Shown: positions 30,471 through 40,438 of the stretch, in pieces
How positions within the stretch are numbered: the stretch's first letter is position 1
Layout: each line of letters starts with the position of its first letter
Assembly (NCBI GenBank): GCA_965237955.1
Contig: OZ250169.1
Location: 6,720,001 to 6,784,000, forward strand
Origin: Candidatus Marinacidobacterales bacterium
GTDB taxonomy: Bacteria; Acidobacteriota; Vicinamibacteria; Marinacidobacterales; SMYC01
DNA: 64,000 nucleotides
Reading direction: 5' to 3'
The notes under the pieces: generated by a model
Seen by the model: the letters and a program-made list of their open reading frames with translations, nothing else
Databases searched by the model: none
What the model was told of the DNA's origin: nothing
Program-made: the position numbers and the translations under genes

Positions 30471-31390
30471 ATTCTGCCTTCAGCCATCGGCCGTCGGCCA
30501 TCGGCTCCGACTTTGATGCTTACCTTGCCGGGCGGCGCGCGCTTGTTGAAGAATTCTTGGACGCTTGTGTGCCTTCGGAAGAGACGCCGCCTGTGACGAT
30601 TTCGCGGGCGGTTCGGTATAGCCTCTTTCCGGGTGGGAAGCGGCTTCGGCCGATTCTTGTTCTCGCATCGGCGGAAGCCGTCGGAGGTCTGGTCGAGGAT
30701 GCGCTACCCGCGGCGGCCGCGTTCGAGATGATCCATACGTATTCGTTGATCCATGACGACCTGCCGGCGATGGACGATGACTCGCTGCGTCGCGGAAAGC
30801 CGGCGTCCCATGTCGTCTTCGGGGACGCGATCGCGATCCTCGCCGGTGACGCGTTGCAGACGCACGCGTTTCGAGTCCTCGCCGAAGGCGAGTCTCCCGT
30901 CTCCGCCGAGAGACGGATTCGCGCCATAGCACTTCTCGCCGATGCCGCGGGCGCGTCAGGCATGGTGGGAGGCCAGGTCGCGGATCTCGAAGCGGAGGGT
31001 CAACCGGTCTCGAGCGACGGTCTCGAGTTCATCCATCGACACAAGACCGGCGCGCTCATCCATGCGGCGTCCGAGGTTGGAGCCGTCGTCGGAGGTGGCA
31101 GCGACGACCACGTGGCTCACCTCGCGCGCTATGGCGAGAACATCGGGCTCGCGTTTCAAATCATCGACGACATTCTCGACGTCACCGGAAACCCCGAGAC
31201 GCTCGGGAAGTCCACGGGAAAAGACGAGACGGCTGGTAAAGCAACCTATCCCCAAGTCCACGGCATCAAAAACGCCAACGCGCGCGCATCGAAGCTCGTG
31301 ACCAGCGCTCTCGAGGAGCTCGCACCCTTTGGAGACCGAACGGAACCCCTGTCCCGACTGGCGCAACGGATTCTCGATCGCAATTCCTAA
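30467..31390 (+). CDS. ispA: polyprenyl (farnesyl/geranylgeranyl) diphosphate synthase
   Basis: GGKRLRP, HDDLPAMDDD..RRG and FQIIDDILD; three heptamer units in the 5' end. Confidence 0.92.
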   Translation: MNSAFSHRPSAIGSDFDAYLAGRRALVEEFLDACVPSEETPPVTISRAVRYSLFPGGKRLRPILVLASAEAVGGLVEDALPAAAAFEMIHTYSLIHDDLPAMDDDSLRRGKPASHVVFGDAIAILAGDALQTHAFRVLAEGESPVSAERRIRAIALLADAAGASGMVGGQVADLEAEGQPVSSDGLEFIHRHKTGALIHAASEVGAVVGGGSDDHVAHLARYGENIGLAFQIIDDILDVTGNPETLGKSTGKDETAGKATYPQVHGIKNANARASKLVTSALEELAPFGDRTEPLSRLAQRILDRNS

Positions 31391-31439
31391 TCCACCGAGG
31401 CCAACCGTAGAGTTCCCCAATGCCAAGCGTTCTCTTTTC

Positions 31440-31559
31440 AACGCAAAGGCGCAAAGACGCCATGGCGCAAAGAGCGACCTCACTCATTTCGCCGTCTCCA
31501 ATCTTGGTCGCGAGCAGCTCCGTACACTTTGCGTCCTTGCGACTCTGCGCCTTTGCGTT
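31440..31559. repeat. complete REP-like inverted doublet (33-bp arms, ~54-nt spacer)
   Basis: AACGCAAAGGCGCAAAGACGCCATGGCGCAAAG ... CTTTGCGTCCTTGCGACTCTGCGCCTTTGCGTT. Confidence 0.85.
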
Positions 31560-31574
31560 TTGTTTTTAGCTATC

Positions 31575-32315
31575 ATGGGTCGCCAACGCGTCGACAAGCT
31601 CGTCGTCGAGCGCGGGATGGTGCCCACTCGCGAGAAAGCGCGGCGGCTCATTCTCGCCGGTGAAGTGCTCGTCGACGATGCACCCGTCGACAAGCCCGGC
31701 ACGCTCGTGCCCGAAGATGCCGAGCTTCGCTTGCGAAATCCTCCCAAGCCCTATGTCGGTCGCGGTGGCGAAAAGCTCGCGGGCGCACTCGACGTGCTCG
31801 AGCTCGACGTCTCGGGGTTGCACGTCCTCGACGTCGGCGCATCGACCGGCGGTTTCACCGACTGCCTCCTGCAGCGCGGCGCGGCCGAAGTGACGGCGCT
31901 CGACGTCGGTCGCGCTCAGCTCGATTGGAAGCTCTACTCGGATGAGCGGGTGCACGTCATCGAAGGCGTGAACGCGCGCTACATCCAGCCCGATGATTTC
32001 AACCAGCCGTACGCGCTCGTTGTGGTCGACGTGTCGTTCATATCGCTCACGAAAGTCCTTCCGGCGCTCGCGTCGATTCTCAGACCGGGAGGTCATATCC
32101 TCATGTTGGTGAAACCGCAGTTCGAGCTGAGTCCGCCGGAAATCGAGCACCGGGGTGTCGTCCGCGATTCAAAGAAACACGACAAAGCGATCGAAAGCGT
32201 GAAAACGAAAGCCGCCGAGCTCGAGTTGTCCGTACTCGCCGTCGCTCCATCACCCATCAAGGGCGCGACTGGTAACCAGGAGTTTTTCCTACTGGTGCAA
32301 TCCAATGAAAACTAA
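31575..32315 (+). CDS. tlyA: TlyA-family rRNA methyltransferase
   Basis: S4 domain, YVGRGGEKL, DVGASTGGFTD, DVSFISL, KPQFE, GNQEF. Confidence 0.95.
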   Translation: MGRQRVDKLVVERGMVPTREKARRLILAGEVLVDDAPVDKPGTLVPEDAELRLRNPPKPYVGRGGEKLAGALDVLELDVSGLHVLDVGASTGGFTDCLLQRGAAEVTALDVGRAQLDWKLYSDERVHVIEGVNARYIQPDDFNQPYALVVVDVSFISLTKVLPALASILRPGGHILMLVKPQFELSPPEIEHRGVVRDSKKHDKAIESVKTKAAELELSVLAVAPSPIKGATGNQEFFLLVQSNEN

Positions 32316-33216
32316 AAAGCCGAAGCTGAAGAAAGTCGCAATCGTGGCCAAGGCTCACGCCAAAGAGGCCCCCGACGTCGTGCGCGATCTAACCAAATGG
32401 CTCGACGAGCGCGGAGTCCAGCCGTACTTGGAATCTTCCCTCGTGGTAAAAGTGGGAACCGGCGCCAGCTTCTCGTTGGACAAGATGCCGAAAGACGCCG
32501 ACATGTTCATCGTGCTCGGTGGCGATGGAACCCTGCTCTCGGTAGCGCGCGCGATGCGCTCCCGGCAGATTCCCATCCTCGGCGTCAACCTCGGAAGCCT
32601 CGGGTTTCTCACCGATGTCTCCCTCAAGGACCTCTACGAAACGCTCGAGAGTGTCTTTGATGGCGATGTCACCATCGTTCCGAGAACGCTCCTCACCGCC
32701 GAGCTCGTGCGCAAAGGCGAAACCATCGTTACCGAGCGCGTTCTCAACGATGTGGTGATCACCAAAGGCGCCATCGCCCGCATCATGGAGCTCGGCGTGG
32801 ACGTGGAAGACCAGTTCGTCGCGATCGTGCGCGCGGACGGCCTCATTGTCTCGACGCCAACGGGCTCGACCGCGTATTCGCTCGCCGCCGGTGGTCCGAT
32901 CGTGCATCCGATGCTCGATGCGATGGTCCTCACGCCGATTTGTCCCCACACCCTCACCTACCGTCCCGTGGTCATTCCCGATCGCGCCACCATCGCGCTC
33001 ACGCTCCGAGGCGACCCCGGTGAGGTGTACGCGACCTTCGACGGCCAGGTCAGCGAGCCGCTGAAACCCGGCGACGTCGTTCGGGTGAGAAAAAGCCGCA
33101 ACGCAGTGAAGCTCGTCAGCGTTTCCGACAAGAACCACTTCCAGGTGCTCCGTCACAAACTTCGGTGGGCCGAGCGGCCGCGGGGACGCAGGTCAACGGC
33201 ACCTCCCAAACCGTGA
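32305..33216 (+). CDS. nadK: NAD(+) kinase
   Basis: GGDGT, NLGSLGFL, ADGLIVSTPTGSTAY. Confidence 0.95.
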   Translation: MKTKKPKLKKVAIVAKAHAKEAPDVVRDLTKWLDERGVQPYLESSLVVKVGTGASFSLDKMPKDADMFIVLGGDGTLLSVARAMRSRQIPILGVNLGSLGFLTDVSLKDLYETLESVFDGDVTIVPRTLLTAELVRKGETIVTERVLNDVVITKGAIARIMELGVDVEDQFVAIVRADGLIVSTPTGSTAYSLAAGGPIVHPMLDAMVLTPICPHTLTYRPVVIPDRATIALTLRGDPGEVYATFDGQVSEPLKPGDVVRVRKSRNAVKLVSVSDKNHFQVLRHKLRWAERPRGRRSTAPPKP

Positions 33217-33228
33217 TTGGATCTAGAT

Positions 33229-33708
33229 CTAGACCTTCGAAGACACTTTGGCCAGCTTGCAGATCATCTTCCACTCCTCGGCCGTCACTTCTTGCACCGA
33301 CAGACGCTGGCCGCGCCTGAGAAGCGCCATCCCTTCGAGTACGGACACTTCCCGCAGCATATCGAGCGACCACGGTTCGCCGAGCTTGTCGACAAACTCG
33401 ATGTCGACCATGAACCAATACGGCTTGTCCTCGCTCGCTCGCCGGTCGTAGTACTTGTTCTTCTTGTCGAACTGCGTGAAATCAGGGTACGCCTCCTTGC
33501 ACACCCGGGCGATGCCGACGATCGCTTTCGGATCCGCGTTCGAATGGTAGAAGAACACCCCGTCCCCGAGCTTCATCTCTCGCATGTTGTTGCGCGCTTT
33601 GAAGTTTCGGACGCCGTCCCAGTAGCTCGTCTTGTCTTTCTTCAAGTCGTCGATGCTGTACACATCGGGCTCGCTCTTCATGAGCCAGTAATTTTTCTTC
33701 GGTGCCAT
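33229..33708 (-). CDS. EVE domain protein
   Basis: YWLMKSEP, WDGVRNF.ARN, FFYHS, RLSVQ. Confidence 0.93.
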   Translation of the reverse strand: MAPKKNYWLMKSEPDVYSIDDLKKDKTSYWDGVRNFKARNNMREMKLGDGVFFYHSNADPKAIVGIARVCKEAYPDFTQFDKKNKYYDRRASEDKPYWFMVDIEFVDKLGEPWSLDMLREVSVLEGMALLRRGQRLSVQEVTAEEWKMICKLAKVSSKV

Positions 33709-33790
33709 GGTAGCCACTCTAATGCGCCGATCTTCCGCGAGGCAACTGGGACAAAAACGCGGACGGAGTTTGAGCTACAATGCGTGCACT

Positions 33791-34513
33791 ATGAAGACCC
33801 TAGTCGTAAGCATTTTGACCCTGGCGCTCCTCGGTGTATCGGTGGCCCAGGACCGCGATCAAGCCCTTGAAGACGCCGTGTGGGCGAAGCTCAAGAGCGA
33901 AAAGCTCGACAAACAGGTCGCGGAAGTCGTCGCGACCGGCACAAGCGTCATCCTCAGAGGCAAGCCGAGTAACGCGTTCATGAAGATGAAGGCGATCGAG
34001 GCGGCTCTGAGTGTCGAAGGTGTTACGGGCGTGGAAGACGAGCTCGACGTCGCCACCGCTGAAAGCCAGGAGAAGTTCGTGAAGGAGCTCCTGCGCGCAG
34101 TGGCCAATTATTCTCTCTTCACCGTCTTCGACGATGTCGCATTCCAGACCGCGGAAGAAGGGATCGTCGTCTTGAGCGGTTACGTCACCGAGCCAATCAA
34201 GAAAACCGAGCTCGGGGAGCGTGTCGGCAAGGTCACGGGAGTCCGCGAGCTGAAGAACGTCATCGAGGTACTCCCGGCCGGGGGGAGCGACGACCGGATA
34301 CGACGATCGCTCTATAACAACATCTACGGCAACGGCATGTTTACTCAGTACCGTAACCGGGCGCACCCTCCGATCCGGATCATCGTCAACAGGGGCAAGC
34401 TCATTCTGAGCGGCGCCGTGCGCAACCGCATGGAGAAATTGAAAGCGGAGTCGATTGCTCGCTCTACCTTCGGTGTTCTCGGGGTCGACAACCGCCTTCG
34501 AATCAACCCGTAG
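33791..34513 (+). CDS. secreted BON-domain protein
   Basis: Signal peptide and three BON-like repeats (VEGVTGVEDEL, VTGVRELKN, GVLGVDNRL). Confidence 0.85.
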   Translation: MKTLVVSILTLALLGVSVAQDRDQALEDAVWAKLKSEKLDKQVAEVVATGTSVILRGKPSNAFMKMKAIEAALSVEGVTGVEDELDVATAESQEKFVKELLRAVANYSLFTVFDDVAFQTAEEGIVVLSGYVTEPIKKTELGERVGKVTGVRELKNVIEVLPAGGSDDRIRRSLYNNIYGNGMFTQYRNRAHPPIRIIVNRGKLILSGAVRNRMEKLKAESIARSTFGVLGVDNRLRINP

Positions 34514-34517
34514 AACA

Positions 34518-34859
34518 CTAGGCAGGCGGACGGGTCACTCGATCCAGAGATCGCATCACGGGGAAGACGACGAGAAGCTCGGGCGGAAGCGAGATCGCGC
34601 TGCCGCCGTGTTCCAGCGTCCAGTTCCCCGCTGTCGTGTGCGGTCCCACGAGCACGGCGCCGGCGCCCTCGCTCCCACGGAGAGATCGCAGTCGAAAGAC
34701 CACACGGTCCACTTCGAACCGCCGGGCCATCACCCGCCACGTTTCCGACCCGAGCTGCACCCAATCGCCGGGCCGAAGCTCGGCTGCGGAAAGCGGTTGC
34801 CGTGGCAATCGGATGCGCGACTGCTGGATCAGCCGCGCGATCCGATGCCAGAGGCTCAT
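34518..34859 (-). CDS. hypothetical protein coupled to pspA
   Basis: ATG overlaps the pspA stop by 4 bp; 113 aa, beta-rich. Confidence 0.6.
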   Translation of the reverse strand: MSLWHRIARLIQQSRIRLPRQPLSAAELRPGDWVQLGSETWRVMARRFEVDRVVFRLRSLRGSEGAGAVLVGPHTTAGNWTLEHGGSAISLPPELLVVFPVMRSLDRVTRPPA

Positions 34860-35092
34860 GACGTTTGTTCCTCCTTTTTCTTCTTCATCTTGTCTCGGAG
34901 TTTTTGCATGCGATCGTCGACGGCGTCGTTGACCGCGGAATCTTCAGCTCGACGCCTCAAGTGGTCCCCTCGAAGCTCGTCGTCGAGTTTCAGATACGAT
35001 CGCTCCTCCGCGGCCTGAAGCTCGACCCGCTCGCTGATGCGGTCGAACTCGCTCTGAAGGTTCGCACGTTGCACCCCGACCATAACCTTTTT

Positions 35093-36476
35093 GGGTCTAC
35101 GCGGGTTCGTGTGGGTTGAAAACGGCATTTCTGGGTAATGGCGGAAGGAATGCCGCCACGATCTTCAGCTTGAGATATCCCTCGTCACGATAGCCGTAGG
35201 CGCGTCGTTGCAGAACACGGATTTTGTTGTTGACCCCTTCAACCAGTCCGAGACTGACTTTGTTCTCAGGATGACAGTAGGAGGCGATACCATCCCAATG
35301 GGACTCAATCATTCCGGCGAACTTCTGGTAGGGATGCAGGCGCTGCCATTTGAGGCTGTCTTTCCAACGTGTGAAAAAGGCGCGAGCCCCGCGTTCGGTG
35401 CGGTAATCCCAGAGTTGCCCGAAGGCCTCCTTCAAAACATAGGCGGTGTTCAGGCGCCGGTTGGCCTGGAGCAACTTCTTGAGTGCGCGGCGACCGTCCA
35501 GGCTCAGGTTCTCCCGCCGGGAAAGCAACGTGTAACGCTGCCCCTTGATATACGACCGGTCCTCGCCGCTGAGGCGTTTGTACTCACGGCGCCGGACCTC
35601 ATCGAGAGCCTTTGACAGGTGACGCATGATATGAAACTTGTCGAAGATGATCCGCGCATTGGGTGCGTTGTTAATCACCGAGTTCCGGAAGGGCTTCCAC
35701 ATATCCATGGCGGCCAGCTTGATACGGGCGCTTTTCTTCCCGCCCAGCGCCTTGAAGAACAAATCGATGTCGGTTTCTTTGCGACCCTCACCGCCCACCC
35801 AGATGGGACGCGCCCGCTCCAGGTCGCTGACAATGACACGATAGTTATGTCCCTTGCGGATGGAGATCTCATCGATACCGATGGCCCGAGGCGCCGGCAG
35901 CCCCGCCCGCTCGACTTGCTCTTGCATGTAGAGCTTATCCAGGTCCTTCACCGTAGTGTGGTGCAGACGTTCCATCTCGGCCACCGCCTTGTTCGGCATA
36001 TCCCGGCACAGCTTGCCCACATGCGTCGCAAAGCGCTGGGTGTAGCGCGGGTTGTTCGCCAGCCAGTCCAAGTGTTCTACATGCACACCACCGCACCCAC
36101 GACAGTTGACGCGCCAACGCTCGTATTCCAGATAGATCCGCCAGCCTGCCAACGACAGGTCGCGGACCCGGCACACTTGCTTGTCATAGCGCCCCCGGCA
36201 CCGATGCCCACAGTACGAGCACACGGCTGTTTTTTTCGCCTCTTGAGCTGGATGACGCGGGCGTATCGGTCACCGAATACACCGTTCAATCGGGCGCCAG
36301 CCACGAAACCTGGTAGCGCAAAAAGCGAGCGGATCGACTGGGGATTTTTCACTCGGTTAGCCTATCCGAAAAACGGATCACTTCTCAGCACCTGATGAAG
36401 TGCTGAATACCTTTTCCACACAATGAGTTACACTATTTCTCCGTCAGCATTCGCCCACAGATTTCCGCGTAGACCC
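35093..36476 (-). mobile_element. ISL3-family insertion sequence, 1384 bp
   Basis: GGGTCTACGCGG terminal IRs and 8-bp TSD ACCTTTTT at 35085-35092 and 36477-36484. Confidence 0.95.
35097..36352 (-). CDS. ISL3 transposase in two frames joined at an A7 run (36230-36236)
   Basis: Zinc finger CSYC/CRGC, GIDE, MDMWKPF, DKFH, EGVNNKIRV..RRAYGYRD; a -1 shift gives RRKKTAVCSYC. Confidence 0.9.
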
Positions 36477-36975
36477 ACCTTTTTAATGGCCCGACGTGCC
36501 TCCCCTTGACGCATCTGCGCCTGCAGGAGCTCCAGCCGCGAGCGCGCCTTCTGGAGGCGGTCGTGCATCTGGGTAATGGCCTCATGGATCTCCTCGGTCT
36601 CCTCGCTTTGCGTTCGAAGCTCGTCGCGCAAGCGGTCGCGCTGACGCTCGGCTTGCTCGAGGCGGCGCACCATGTCGCGGGCGCCGTCTTCGTCGCCTTT
36701 TTTCATCGCTCTTTCGGAGGCTTCCTGCCATTGTTTCATGTCCTTTTCGTGGAACGCGATGCGGCTTCGAAGCCGGTCTTCGTTCGCCATCGCGCGCGCG
36801 ACCGCACGCTTGGCCGATTCGAGCTCCTCTTCCATATCGAGGACGAGCTGGTTGAGCGAGCGCTCGGGATCCTCGAACTTGATCAGGACCGCATCGATGC
36901 TGCCCTTTACGAGCAAGGTAAATCTTTGGGTAACGTTCATGGTCAATCTCCTATCTGCCTATATGGTTGAGTTGG

Positions 36976-39900
36976 TTAGTACCAACCGACGAGCTGGCGG
37001 CCAAAGACACGAATCTGTTGCGCCAAACCCTCTCGCCGGTGTTCGAGATAAGCGGCAACCGTCATGAGCGCGACCCCGAGAAAAACACCTCCCACCCACA
37101 GCAGAAGCGGCTCGGTGGCGCGGATCATGATGACGAAGCACGCGAGATCGATGACGAGCGCGGCCGTCGACACGGTGAGAAGCGGACGGCTTCGGAGCCA
37201 GAAACTGGCCGTGCCGAATCCCACAGTGAGCAGCAACAGCACTGCCTGCCATGCCCACGTGATCTCGTCATAGAGTGCTAAGACCGGGGTCGCGTAGATG
37301 AACGCAGCCCCCGCGGTGAAGATGTGCCGACTCCACCGCGGTCCCATCTCCTCCGACAACAGAAGCGCCAGCGCCACCAAAGTGAATCCCGGCGCGAGCG
37401 AGTAGAACTCGAGGCCGACTCCTTGACCCGAGGCGATGGCGAAGAGGCCAAAGCCGAGAAACGACGCGGACAGCACCGATGGAAGCACTCGGTTGGCCTC
37501 GCGAGACGCAAGAATCAAGTAGAAGACGCTCGCGAGAAACAGGGGCCAGGGCTGCAAGCGGACAAGCGCAACCGCGCCACCGAGAAGCGCGAGCGATTGA
37601 CCGGTGAGGATCGACGACGACGCGAGCGACTGGCCGCGCTCGGTGCGCTTCCACAAAGCCGCGAGGCCGTATTGCAACACACCGGTCGCGAGCAACACAT
37701 ACGGTGCGCGACCGTTACCGAAGCTCACCCACCCCGCGTAGAAGCCGACGAGAACGCCGAGCAACAGCCACGCTTGCATCACCCACGCGTGGCCCGCGCT
37801 CTCATGGTGAAAGCTCCGGAGCGCGTGCCGCGTGGCAAACGCGGCGGCGATGGCGAGCATCGATCCGTAGTCCCACGTCGTGAAGATCTCGGTGGGCGCA
37901 AAACCCAGGAAGTAGCCGGACACGACGAAACACTCGAGCGCCGTCGTCCACAGTTGGAGCGGTTTCATCCCGCGGGCCTCGACCAGGACAATCCAGCCGA
38001 GCACGAGGGCCGCGAACAGCGGAAACCCTGATGCGATCGCCTCGACGAGTGCGAGCGGGAAAAACTCGTGAGCCGCCGCCCTCTCGAACCAGATCAAGCC
38101 ATGTGCAAGGACGAGGAGTAGGCTTCGATACGGCGTCTTGCGGTAGAGCATACCGATGAGAACGACGGTGACCGCGAGTGCCAGCGCCTCCGTTCCGACG
38201 AAGCCAAGCACGGCCACGACCGCCGTCATGCGCCAAAAGCGGACGAACCTCTCGACGCTGGGCACCAGGAACCGCGGCGCGAGCGCACGCGCGACCAACA
38301 CGCATCCGAGGGCTACCAGAAGCAACACCGGAACCGACTCGACGAGGCCGAGCGCCGCAAGATGGAACGGCACATACGTGACGAGAAACCCGAGCCCCAC
38401 CGCGGAGTCGGTCTCGTCTTTTTCTCTCAGGCCGTGCCACAGAATCGCCCAACCGAAGAGCGCGAGGATGACCGGTTCGATCGTCACAGCGACTGAGCTC
38501 GTACCCGTACCGAGAGCGACCCACAGCCATAGGACACCGAGCGCGCCGTGGCCGAGTACCGAGAGATGTGCGCCGAACGCCCACGTTGCTTTGGTCGCTT
38601 TTGTCGCTTTTGTCGCGTTTGCCCATCGCAACAGCACGACCGAGGCTACGAACAGCGCCTGTGTGGCGACGACGATCGTGACCATCGACGCCCCGTACGT
38701 GAACGCGAGCTCACCATGGATGCCGAGAGATAACGCACCGATTCCGGCGAGGATGACCGGTGCGAGCTCGAGTCGGTGGCCGAGCGCGAGTAAGAGCACG
38801 CCGGCCAACAAGACTTCGAGAGCACCTCCGCTCGTGAAACTGATGACACCAGAAATACCGATGACGCCGGCCCAGAAAAACGCCGGCCAGGTGAGGTGGC
38901 GCGAGCCGCGGCTTAGCGCGACGACACCGATCATCACGAGCGCGAGGAGCTCCATCCCGTAGGCGCCGCCCCACGCGAGAATCGTCGCGCCGAGCGCCGC
39001 GTGCGCGGCAACGAGCCACTCGCGTCTTCTGGTGATGAAGACCGACAGCAACGCCAGGGCGAGCGCGAGAGGAGCGACGATCTTGGCGCCGGCGAAGCCG
39101 GACAACGCGACGATTGCGATCAAGTGGATGGATGCACAAATCGCGTGTGCGCGACCGGCCTGCTGATATCGTCGGGCGAGTGCGGTGAAAAACAACGCGA
39201 GCCCGAGCTGCCCGAAGCTCAGCTTCGCAGCCGGGGCCACCAACCCCAGGATGTCCGTCAGGCTCACCACTGTTTCCACGGCGATGTGCGGCATCAACCT
39301 CGGGAGAAACACGTAGCCCACAACTGATGCGCACATCGCTAAAACGCGCGCGGGTACGTTGTCGTAGCGGAAGCTCCATCGGAACAAAAGCGTCGCGATC
39401 GCACAAAAGACGATTGCCGGAACCCGTCCGGAAGCATCAAGAAACGCAAACGGTCCCGCAACTACCATGAGCGCGAATCCCACTGCCAAAAACGCCACCG
39501 AGCGACGCGGCCACTCACTCGGACGCGCACGAAGCGATCGGACGAGCGCGTAGTAGTACTCTTCTCCGGTGGTGACGAGCGCGGCGCCCAGAATCAAGAT
39601 CGGAAGCGCGATGTAGGACGTCGGCAGACTCAAAATGCTCAAGCTCGCCGCGTAGAGAACAGCGAGAGCCAGAAACGGCAGTGCGTGGACCGGGCGATCG
39701 ACGCACCCATTAGCGGCGCGGCGGTCGCGATGGAAGAGGAATCGATTGATGTGTTGCGAGCCGACGTGGAACACACCACCGAAACCGATCGCGGCGACGA
39801 TGTAACCCCAGCCGGTCACGTTTAGCAGCGAGAGCAACGGCAAGCTCACCGTCAGCAGAGCGAACGCGACCGGATAGAGAACCCCGTCGTAGCGGAGCGC

Positions 39901-40281
39901 CTCCTTCAGGCAACGGCGGAACGCGCTCAAGAGTGCGATGATCGAGACGCCGTAAACGATCGCGCCTCCAGGAGCGCTCAGCAGATCCAAGTACGCCGCA
40001 CCCCACGACAGGACCGGCACGAGGACCGAGAACAAAAGTTGTAGTGCCGAGCCTGCGATTGGCAGACGCAAGCGGTTTTTGAGCAGCTCACCCGCGCCGA
40101 AGACGCCGAGCGAGCCCGCCACCAAAGTGAGAAACTGCGCCGTCACGGACATCCCGGCCCATTGGGATTCCACGAGGCGATACACCGAGACCGCCAGCAC
40201 CAGGGCGCCGACCGCGAGAAGCCAGCGGATGCCCTGAAGCGACCCGAGCCCGGTGGACTCCGTCGAATGTGTAGCTTTCAT
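36976..40281 (-). CDS. very large polytopic membrane protein, 1101 aa
   Basis: Almost continuous hydrophobic helices, GAGGAGG RBS, same strand and 35 bp upstream of pspA. Confidence 0.85.
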   Translation of the reverse strand: MKATHSTESTGLGSLQGIRWLLAVGALVLAVSVYRLVESQWAGMSVTAQFLTLVAGSLGVFGAGELLKNRLRLPIAGSALQLLFSVLVPVLSWGAAYLDLLSAPGGAIVYGVSIIALLSAFRRCLKEALRYDGVLYPVAFALLTVSLPLLSLLNVTGWGYIVAAIGFGGVFHVGSQHINRFLFHRDRRAANGCVDRPVHALPFLALAVLYAASLSILSLPTSYIALPILILGAALVTTGEEYYYALVRSLRARPSEWPRRSVAFLAVGFALMVVAGPFAFLDASGRVPAIVFCAIATLLFRWSFRYDNVPARVLAMCASVVGYVFLPRLMPHIAVETVVSLTDILGLVAPAAKLSFGQLGLALFFTALARRYQQAGRAHAICASIHLIAIVALSGFAGAKIVAPLALALALLSVFITRRREWLVAAHAALGATILAWGGAYGMELLALVMIGVVALSRGSRHLTWPAFFWAGVIGISGVISFTSGGALEVLLAGVLLLALGHRLELAPVILAGIGALSLGIHGELAFTYGASMVTIVVATQALFVASVVLLRWANATKATKATKATWAFGAHLSVLGHGALGVLWLWVALGTGTSSVAVTIEPVILALFGWAILWHGLREKDETDSAVGLGFLVTYVPFHLAALGLVESVPVLLLVALGCVLVARALAPRFLVPSVERFVRFWRMTAVVAVLGFVGTEALALAVTVVLIGMLYRKTPYRSLLLVLAHGLIWFERAAAHEFFPLALVEAIASGFPLFAALVLGWIVLVEARGMKPLQLWTTALECFVVSGYFLGFAPTEIFTTWDYGSMLAIAAAFATRHALRSFHHESAGHAWVMQAWLLLGVLVGFYAGWVSFGNGRAPYVLLATGVLQYGLAALWKRTERGQSLASSSILTGQSLALLGGAVALVRLQPWPLFLASVFYLILASREANRVLPSVLSASFLGFGLFAIASGQGVGLEFYSLAPGFTLVALALLLSEEMGPRWSRHIFTAGAAFIYATPVLALYDEITWAWQAVLLLLTVGFGTASFWLRSRPLLTVSTAALVIDLACFVIMIRATEPLLLWVGGVFLGVALMTVAAYLEHRREGLAQQIRVFGRQLVGWY

Positions 40282-40300
40282 CGTTGCCTCCTCATCCCCC

Positions 40301-40320
40301 CTATTACAAACTCGATGCCA
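40301..40320 (-). promoter_or_regulatory. sigma54-type -24/-12 promoter (GT instead of GC at -12)
   Basis: TGGCATCGAGTTTGTAATAG about 20 nt upstream of the ATG; adjacent to a sigma54 activator locus. Confidence 0.65.
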
Positions 40321-40382
40321 ATCGGACGTAGACGTATAAGCCTTTGCCGTCCAGCACTTAAGGGAATGCGCTTGTAGAAAGG

Positions 40383-40421
40383 GGGTCCAGGGTGCATGAT
40401 GGAAACTGCACCTTGGGACCC
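40383..40421. promoter_or_regulatory. imperfect inverted repeat, candidate enhancer
   Basis: GGGTCCAGGGTGCA-N10-TGCACCTTGGGACCC, 60-100 bp upstream of the -24 box. Confidence 0.45.
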
Positions 40422-40438
40422 GTGGTGCACGAAGACCG

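Larger units (their letters stand above)
34856..36940 (-). pseudogene. pspA: PspA/IM30 family protein interrupted by ISL3
   Basis: N-part 36940-36477 (EDPERSLNQLVLDMEEEL coiled coil) and C-part 35084-34856 join in frame at ARRAIKKV|MVGVQR once the IS and one TSD are removed. Confidence 0.88.

Noticed and set aside
33229-33708. EVE protein as part of a modification-dependent defence system
   Set aside because: Stand-alone, with no fused or adjacent nuclease, in a housekeeping context.
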